The translations under genes and the position numbers were made by a program. From a virus: a stretch of DNA of 64,000 bases. Position 1 is the first letter of the stretch, and every line of letters starts with the position of its first letter. The stretch spans positions 4,476-68,475 of the IMG/VR virus record IMGVR_UViG_3300032053_000058. One strand, 5' to 3'. The notes under the pieces were generated by a model. That model saw only the letters and a list, made by a program, of their open reading frames with translations, was not told the origin of the DNA and did not search any database. This document shows, one piece after another, positions 58,691 through 64,000 of the stretch.

Positions 58691-58714
58691 CTTCTGCCGA
58701 TTCTGTGCTAAGAT
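58687..58714 (+). promoter_or_regulatory. Repeated early-type promoter, leaderless (ATG 58721)
   Basis: TTGACT-16-TAAGAT-TGTAGT-ATG. Confidence 0.85.
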
Positions 58715-58720
58715 TGTAGT

Positions 58721-59056
58721 ATGGACAGAACGGCAGAATACAATGATTACGTCCGCGATGTGTGCGGGTTTCTTCGCAAACTCGCTCCCGCCGATGCCGA
58801 CTGGATTCTTAATGATACCGTTCTTGTCGCCTCTCTTTGGCGCAAGACGGTAGCCGGTTGGAATCAAACGGCGCGCCCCGCACAAATTGCCGCCGACTGG
58901 TATGGCGACTACATCGACAAGACGCCGGTTGTCGGGGTCGGACCAATCACTCGGGTTGCCCCAGTTGTTCGCTGGAAATCGGACATTCCCGCCGACATAC
59001 TCGCAAATCGAGAAAAACGCCGCCTACTTTGGAAAGCGGCATACTTGACTTCTTGA
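58721..59056 (+). CDS. Early protein, local paralog family member 3
   Basis: AADWY..YI.KTPVV...I...ILA.R..R..LW..AYL matches 53204..53587. Confidence 0.65.
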   Translation: MDRTAEYNDYVRDVCGFLRKLAPADADWILNDTVLVASLWRKTVAGWNQTARPAQIAADWYGDYIDKTPVVGVGPITRVAPVVRWKSDIPADILANREKRRLLWKAAYLTS

Positions 59057-59072
59057 AAACACATGCTAGATT
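59045..59072 (+). promoter_or_regulatory. Repeated early-type promoter (ATG 59088)
   Basis: TTGACT-16-TAGATT. Confidence 0.75.
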
Positions 59073-59087
59073 TGAGTAGGTTCAACA

Positions 59088-59294
59088 ATGACACACGTAT
59101 TCACACTGAAAGCAACGGGGAAGGATGGAATCGTGGGTGAGTGCCCGCGAACCGTTGAATCCACCAACTGCTTTGCAACCCGCGAACTAGCGGAACGTCG
59201 AATCGAAAACTTCCGCACGGCCTTGTTGGACCATAGCATGATGGTCGAACCAATCACGATTGAAGTCATTCCACATGAGGTAGTCTACCAATGA
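59088..59294 (+). CDS. Small hypothetical early protein
   Basis: Follows promoter; ATGA-coupled downstream. Confidence 0.55.
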   Translation: MTHVFTLKATGKDGIVGECPRTVESTNCFATRELAERRIENFRTALLDHSMMVEPITIEVIPHEVVYQ

Positions 59295-59683
59295 AACAAA
59301 TCGAACTCGACAAATTCACCCTGGCCTACATCGAAGCCGCCCTATGGTCAAGCAACGATGAATCGGACGACAACGGCGGGAAACCGCTTGACGCCAATTA
59401 CAGCGCCAGCGACATTGACCCTGAAACTCTGGAAGCAATGGCCGCCGACTGCAAGCGTTTCCAAGCGGAAAACGGCACGGACATTGCCGCCGGGCCGGAC
59501 GGTCCTGACTACACCCGTTATGAACGGGCGGGTCACGACTTCTGGTTGACCCGCAATAATCACGGTTGCGGATTTTGGGATGGGGATTGGAGCGTTGACG
59601 CCGGAAAGCGTCTAACGACTGCCAGCCACGCCTACGGGGAAGTCAACCTGTATGTCCAGGATGGGCGCATCCATGCTGGATAA
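59291..59683 (+). CDS. Acidic phage protein
   Basis: F..AYIEAALWS, DC..F, AGHDFWLTRN.HG.GFWD. Confidence 0.75.
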   Translation: MKQIELDKFTLAYIEAALWSSNDESDDNGGKPLDANYSASDIDPETLEAMAADCKRFQAENGTDIAAGPDGPDYTRYERAGHDFWLTRNNHGCGFWDGDWSVDAGKRLTTASHAYGEVNLYVQDGRIHAG

Positions 59684-59908
59684 CTGCGCCCACCATGTTT
59701 GCTTCTGTTGCCGTAAATCATGGGCACCGGACGCCCCACGTTGCCGCCGGTATCGCCGACTCGCCACGCCGGATACAAGAGTTTGCCCTGATTGCGGGCA
59801 ACCATTGATCGGTCTTGGTTTAGCGTTCAAGCCGCCGAAACAAAACAACCGCCGCGCTTGGCATAAATTGGAAGTCGCCGCCCGCGCGGGCAACCGTTTC
59901 CTGAAACC

Positions 59909-60148
59909 ATGAAAACACCGCACATCATCGCCGGGCCGACCTACTTCCCCCTTCCAAGAGTTTGGGAAATCTCTGTTGCCATTCCGGGTTACAGTCCGAA
60001 ACTGGCCGCCCGCCGATACCACGCCCTGCCCGAAACCATCAACCTTGACGGGCGCACCTACATCAAAGCCGGAATGAAAGCCGACACTTTGACGGCATGG
60101 TATCGGACTCAGAAAACCGATTTGACTTCTGCCAAATCCAGGGTATGA
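59909..60148 (+). CDS. Hypothetical early protein
   Basis: ATGA-coupled; C-terminus (DLTSAKSRV) is encoded by the promoter repeat. Confidence 0.55.
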   Translation: MKTPHIIAGPTYFPLPRVWEISVAIPGYSPKLAARRYHALPETINLDGRTYIKAGMKADTLTAWYRTQKTDLTSAKSRV

Positions 60149-60149
60149 T
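60122..60149 (+). promoter_or_regulatory. Repeated early-type promoter, leaderless (ATG 60155)
   Basis: TTGACT-TCTGCCAAATCCAGGG-TATGAT-TGAGT-ATG. Confidence 0.85.
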
Positions 60150-60154
60150 TGAGT

Positions 60155-60598
60155 ATGGAAACAAACGAATATAAACGCCTTGCCGGACTCGGCTATAGTG
60201 ACGCCGAAATCCAATCCATTGCCCGCTACCACGCCTTGACGGCCGCCAAGACTGACCCGGCTGCCGGTATTGCAATCTGCAATCACGTCAATACCCTCCT
60301 GAACGACACAATCCTCACGTTCAGTCAATGGGATGGTAGTGACTTGTATGCCGCCGATCAATACGGGCGTATGTGCGTCATTCCTGGTAGTTGGTGGAAT
60401 GATGCCTACATCATCCGGGGAGTTGTGCAACAAAAGAGGCGCGGACGCCGTTACACGTTTCTATGCAACGGTCAAGCCGGGGTCAATGCCGCACAAGTGG
60501 CCTACTTCGGGGAAGATGTGCGCCTGCCCTTCTTGGCTTTTGCGGGTGTATCAGCCGCTTTCAACGCTGTCTTTGGAAAATCCCGTCAGTTGGTTTGA
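60155..60598 (+). CDS. Hypothetical early protein
   Basis: Single-gene cassette between two promoter copies. Confidence 0.62.
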   Translation: METNEYKRLAGLGYSDAEIQSIARYHALTAAKTDPAAGIAICNHVNTLLNDTILTFSQWDGSDLYAADQYGRMCVIPGSWWNDAYIIRGVVQQKRRGRRYTFLCNGQAGVNAAQVAYFGEDVRLPFLAFAGVSAAFNAVFGKSRQLV

Positions 60599-60622
60599 CT
60601 TCTGCCAAATCCGAGGTATGAT
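60595..60622 (+). promoter_or_regulatory. Repeated early-type promoter, leadered (AAGGAG, ATG 60641)
   Basis: TTGACT-TCTGCCAAATCCGAGG-TATGAT. Confidence 0.85.
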
Positions 60623-60640
60623 TAAGTAAAGGAGCAAAGC

Positions 60641-60937
60641 ATGTATTACTACAAGTTGACTGCCACCGAACTTGAGGCCCTTGTGCCCGCCGACGCTGCC
60701 TGTATCCTACGGGTTGCCGCTGAGCGGAAGCCGGGCAAGTTTGCCCGCGAAGTGGTGCGCGTACCCTTGAACAAAGCTGGCACCATTTGGGTCCAGAACA
60801 CGCATTACTACGGCGGCGAAAACTTTGGGGAACCGTACCATTTCCCCGCTGAAATCTGCCACGTCACGACCAACTCAGCTTTCATCCGATTCGTGAACAA
60901 GCGAAACCTGCACCTGCGAATCCCGATCAGTTACTAG
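60641..60937 (+). CDS. Hypothetical early protein
   Basis: Strong RBS. Confidence 0.62.
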   Translation: MYYYKLTATELEALVPADAACILRVAAERKPGKFAREVVRVPLNKAGTIWVQNTHYYGGENFGEPYHFPAEICHVTTNSAFIRFVNKRNLHLRIPISY

Positions 60938-60947
60938 GAACAAACAC

Positions 60948-61361
60948 ATGGATATTCACGTTGTCGCCCTCGTCGAAACCAGTCACTACCATATCGACTC
61001 TGCCGACGTGCCTTACATCGCGCAGATTCGTGGCGTGTACCTTTTTGACAAAGAGCAGCGCACGCATTGCTGCGAACTCACCCCCAGTTACTATCTGATT
61101 CACTTGTACGATCAGGTGATTCTTTCGGAAGCCGGGGACGCGCTTGACGACGACCAGAAGGACCGACTCTATCAGGCTTATGAGTACAATGGCGGTGAGA
61201 ACAACTACGTACATTGCCACGAGATTGACGCCATTGTCGAACGGGCCGATCAGGGTGAACACTACGTCTATGGCGATTCGGAAGTCAAGGAGGATGATGT
61301 CGAATATGACGATCAGATCGAAGCCGTCCGCGAACATCTTTGCGGAAACTGCCCGCTGTAG
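60948..61361 (+). CDS. Very acidic early protein
   Basis: AGGA RBS; VYLFD....THCCELTPSY.L; D/E-rich. Confidence 0.68.
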   Translation: MDIHVVALVETSHYHIDSADVPYIAQIRGVYLFDKEQRTHCCELTPSYYLIHLYDQVILSEAGDALDDDQKDRLYQAYEYNGGENNYVHCHEIDAIVERADQGEHYVYGDSEVKEDDVEYDDQIEAVREHLCGNCPL

Positions 61362-61369
61362 ACCGGGCC

Positions 61370-61411
61370 GCCACCCCGCCCGAATCCACCACGGGCGGGG
61401 TGGTCACTTTT
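61370..61411 (+). terminator. Rho-independent terminator
   Basis: GCCACCCCGCCCG / CGGGCGGGGTGGT followed by CACTTTT. Confidence 0.65.
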
Positions 61412-61888
61412 GGAGATACCAGTGAGTAATTTCCTGAAATTCTGTAGTTGCCAACAGTGCCGCGCCTACAAGCATTGCCCGCGAAGCAAGTTTCACACTC
61501 GACTCGCTATCCGGGCCGCCCGCCACGCCGCCAAGTTGGCTCTTAAACAAGGCCGCGAGACTACGCCTGCCAAGTCTGCCGGTTACACTGACTAACGGGG
61601 TCAAACCCTGGGGTCTACCACCGGTCAAATCCGACCGGGGTCAATTCGGAAGCGCTTGGCGGTCGGCGCTCAGAGGCGCTTGGCGCTTGGCGCGCTCTGC
61701 ACACCGGGACACTTCCCATCCCTTTCCGCCGAATGGACTATCTCACCCCTCGCAAGTCGGTGCTGTTGTGCCTGCATCCCTCACTCGAAGTATCTCACCC
61801 GCCCGTGGCAGGGTAAACTATGTGAAGTGACCACATAATTATGTGTCGCCGGGGTGAAACTATACGAAGTCAAGGGCGTCGGCAGGGC

Positions 61889-61951
61889 GTCGGCACCAAG
61901 TTGAGAGTAGTCGGCACCAAGTTGAGAGTAATCGGCACCAAGTTGAGAGTG
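61889..61951 (+). repeat. 21-bp tandem repeat x3 (iteron-like)
   Basis: (G/A)TCGGCACCAAGTTGAGAGT(A/G) at 61889, 61910 and 61931. Confidence 0.92.
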
Positions 61952-61954
61952 GTC

Positions 61955-62084
61955 GCCGCCCTGGCCGCCGCCAGCCGCCTCTGGCCGCCTCTGGCCGCCG
62001 CCAGCCGCCTCTGGCCGCCGCCAGCCGCCTCTGGCCGCTCGGCCACTGTTGGCCCTAGCCCTGGCCCTGGCCCTGGCCCTGGCC
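61955..62084 (+). repeat. C-rich repeats (GCCGCCTCTG / GCCGCCA, then GGCCCT x5-6)
   Basis: Directly visible. Confidence 0.9.
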
Positions 62085-62380
62085 ATGTTCACTACTTTGG
62101 CCTGATTCACTACGTAGTGAACAGTGAACAACGCAACCGCGTGTAAACAGTGTAAACGCAGCAATGCGAACTCGCCTCAATGCGAACTTGCATCGGGCAG
62201 GTTGGCGACAAAGCCGCCGAGGAAACCACCAGCCAAACCACTGGACTCGGCGCGCCGGAAACGGCGCGCCGGTTGGCGCGCCAATCCAAATTCCTGTAGC
62301 CAATTTTCCTACGGTTATTATGTGACGGTTAGAGTACACGGTTAGAAATGATGCGCCCCGCCCGGTGCCACAGGAAAAAT

Positions 62381-62425
62381 CGTTACAACCGTTACAATCG
62401 TTACAACCGTTACAATCGTTACAAC
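62381..62425 (+). repeat. 9-bp tandem repeat x5 CGTTACAA(C/T)
   Basis: The last base alternates C/T, giving an 18-bp superperiod. Confidence 0.92.
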
Positions 62426-62553
62426 CGTCATAGATGTTCCAAACCGGTCGTGCCGATTATCGGGGTCGGACCAGGCCCAACCGCAAAACCGTCATAGACG
62501 TTCGGAATCCTACAACTGGAATCCCCTCTTTGGGAGGGGAAGATACTTCTAAT

Positions 62554-62975
62554 GGGGCCGGGCATCGGGCAGGGCCGGGCATCGGGCGGGGCCGCCGGGC
62601 GGGGCGGGGCGGGGCCGCCGGGCAGGGCAGGGCCGGGCAGGGCCGCCGGGCGGGGCGGGGCGGGGCGGGGCCGCCGGGCAGGGCAGGGCCGGGCAGGGCC
62701 GGGCAGGGCCGCCGGGCAGGGCAGGGCCGGGCAGGGCCGCCGGGCAGGGCAGGGCCGGGCAGGGCCGCCGGGCAGGGCAGGGCCGGGCAGGGCCGCCGGG
62801 CAGGGCCGCCGGGCAGGGCCGCCGGGCAGGGCCGCCGGGCAGGGCCGCCGGGCAGGGCCGCCGGGCATCGGGCCGCCGGGCGGGGCCGCCGGGCGGGGCG
62901 GGCAGGGCCGGGCATCGGGCCGCCGGGCGGGGCCGCCGGGCGGGGCCGCCGGGCAGGGCCGCCGGGCAGGGCCGC
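62554..62975 (+). repeat. G-rich array of GGGCA/GGGCC/GGGCG/GCC units, about 420 bp
   Basis: Nearly T-free run of GGG tracts separated by 1-5 nt. Confidence 0.95.
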
Positions 62976-63209
62976 GCAGAATGTGGCACACGACGGGCAA
63001 GCCGTCATAACCGTCAAAATTGTCAGCGCAAGAACAACCGTCCCCGCACACAAAAGCGGAAGAATCACTAGAACCTACTTCACCGTTGCGTTCGATTCTT
63101 TCAGCAAAGCCGATATAATCGAACTAGAAAATCGGGCGCGCTACGCGCAGCCAGCAAACTCACTACAATCCTCCCAAGTATCAATAGTCGGAATTTGTGT
63201 CTATACTCT

Positions 63210-63237
63210 AGTATAGCACATAATCCGAAGAAGTCAA
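63210..63237 (-). promoter_or_regulatory. Repeated early-type promoter pointing into the G-rich array
   Basis: TTGACT-TCTTCGGATTATGTGC-TATACT. Confidence 0.85.
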
Positions 63238-63256
63238 ATTTGACGCCGCCGGGCCG

Positions 63257-63433
63257 TCACATTCCGCAAGCGCGGAGAAACTTGGCGCGGTCAAAACAAT
63301 CGTTAGACGCAGCACAAACGTCCGCGATGCGCGCAATCGTTTCACGCAACACATCCCATCCCCGCCGATTTTTCGTCTTATCCGTCAGAATCCGCAGAGC
63401 CGCTGCAATCGCTACAAAGTCTTTCTTCGACAC
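63257..63433 (-). CDS. 58-aa phage protein (below ORF-track cutoff)
   Basis: GGGAG RBS; MSKKDFVAIA..L...IA.V....N..FDR.KFL.ACG. Confidence 0.7.
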   Translation of the reverse strand: MSKKDFVAIAAALRILTDKTKNRRGWDVLRETIARIADVCAASNDCFDRAKFLRACGM

Positions 63434-63444
63434 AATCGGTCTCC

Positions 63445-63792
63445 CTATGCTTGAACCGAAATGTTAGGAAAATCGAGACAACTGCTACCACCGTCAAATT
63501 CCGTTGCCACGCCGAATAATCGGCACTCCCGGTACAATCGTTGCAACCATGCCACGACGATAAATCTGATGCGACCGAATCGGTCGGCAAATCCGGTTTG
63601 ATTGACATGCGCCATGCAACCGAACCAGCCACCCTCAAATTCGGCATGAACTCCCCAGATGTTAGCACCAGCAACAACCGAAAAATCGAGCAAGTCGATA
63701 TAATCAGCAGAAGCCACGCGAACCTCCGGCATCCCTACAGTCAGAAAATACCGGATAGGTTGCACAATCGTTTTTGTATGCAGATTCATCAT
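63445..63792 (-). CDS. Hypothetical early protein
   Basis: AGGAG RBS directly after a promoter copy. Confidence 0.6.
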   Translation of the reverse strand: MMNLHTKTIVQPIRYFLTVGMPEVRVASADYIDLLDFSVVAGANIWGVHAEFEGGWFGCMAHVNQTGFADRFGRIRFIVVAWLQRLYRECRLFGVATEFDGGSSCLDFPNISVQA

Positions 63793-63813
63793 AAACCTTC
63801 TCCTATACAATCA

Positions 63814-63841
63814 AGTATAACACATAATCCGAAGAAGTCAA
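63814..63841 (-). promoter_or_regulatory. Repeated early-type promoter
   Basis: TTGACT-TCTTCGGATTATGTGT-TATACT. Confidence 0.85.
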
Positions 63842-64000
63842 GAAAATCGAATTTTCTATCACTCCAGAGGGGTAAGATACCACGGGTGGGGGACGAGTAC
63901 CGCGCCAGATATTCGGGTTGTCGGGGTCGGGCCGGATATGCGGGCGTCTATTTAGTCAAAATACCCTCTTTAGAAGGGTAGGATACCACAAATGGGGCCG

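Larger units (their letters stand above)
61597..62975. other. Convergence element B (composite repeat/regulatory element)
   Basis: Same ordered motifs as element A at 47022-48054. Confidence 0.7.

Noticed and set aside
52084-60622. Promoter repeats as CRISPR repeats or integron attC sites
   Set aside because: They are separated by whole genes, are not palindromic, match -35/-10 geometry, and there is no integrase in the window.
61840-61872. Minus-strand TTGACTTC as a promoter copy (a similar site lies at about 47061-47068)
   Set aside because: No -10 hexamer at the conserved distance.
61889-61951. 21-bp repeats as a CRISPR mini-array
   Set aside because: The units are head-to-tail with no spacers, and no cas genes are present.
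62428-63216. Long G/R/A/P-rich ORFs in several frames across the G-rich array
   Set aside because: They are open only because the repeat lacks stop codons; no convincing starts.
1-64000. Stop-codon reassignment
   Set aside because: Conserved enzymes are full length in the standard code and end at TAA, TAG and TGA.
1-64000. Reverse transcriptase systems (retron, DGR) or Cas effectors
   Set aside because: No YxDD RT motif, TR/VR pair or cas operon was recognised; the Cas4-like nuclease is a common stand-alone phage exonuclease.

Overview
A 64-kb segment of a large, probably lytic, dsDNA bacteriophage genome. It has about 55% GC and dense small ORFs, and contains no capsid, terminase or integrase gene. 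Positions 1-47 kb are almost entirely + strand. They carry the end of a collagen/C1q fibre locus, a family A DNA polymerase, DNA and RNA ligases, four DNA methyltransferases, two sigma factors, several HNH/EndoVII nucleases, a DeoC plus deoxyribosyltransferase pair, ClpP, SPFH, peptide deformylase, a tRNA-Glu and many hypotheticals. Positions 47-64 kb look like an early/host-takeover region with a second tRNA (Trp). I found 19 copies of one promoter module (TTGACT-16 nt-TAnnnT). Ten of them place an ATG directly at the predicted start site (leaderless), and seven reuse the stop codon of the previous gene. The early region is transcribed divergently from a 26-bp inverted repeat. It is bracketed by two homologous 1-1.4 kb mostly non-coding elements at the convergent strand switches, each with a C-rich array, a shared 21-bp core and a G-rich array. 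Other notable items are a free-standing 72-aa protein matching only the Pol A fingers subdomain, gene-start duplications around inserted genes, and candidate structured RNAs. All calls come from motif recognition by eye; no searches or folding programs were run.
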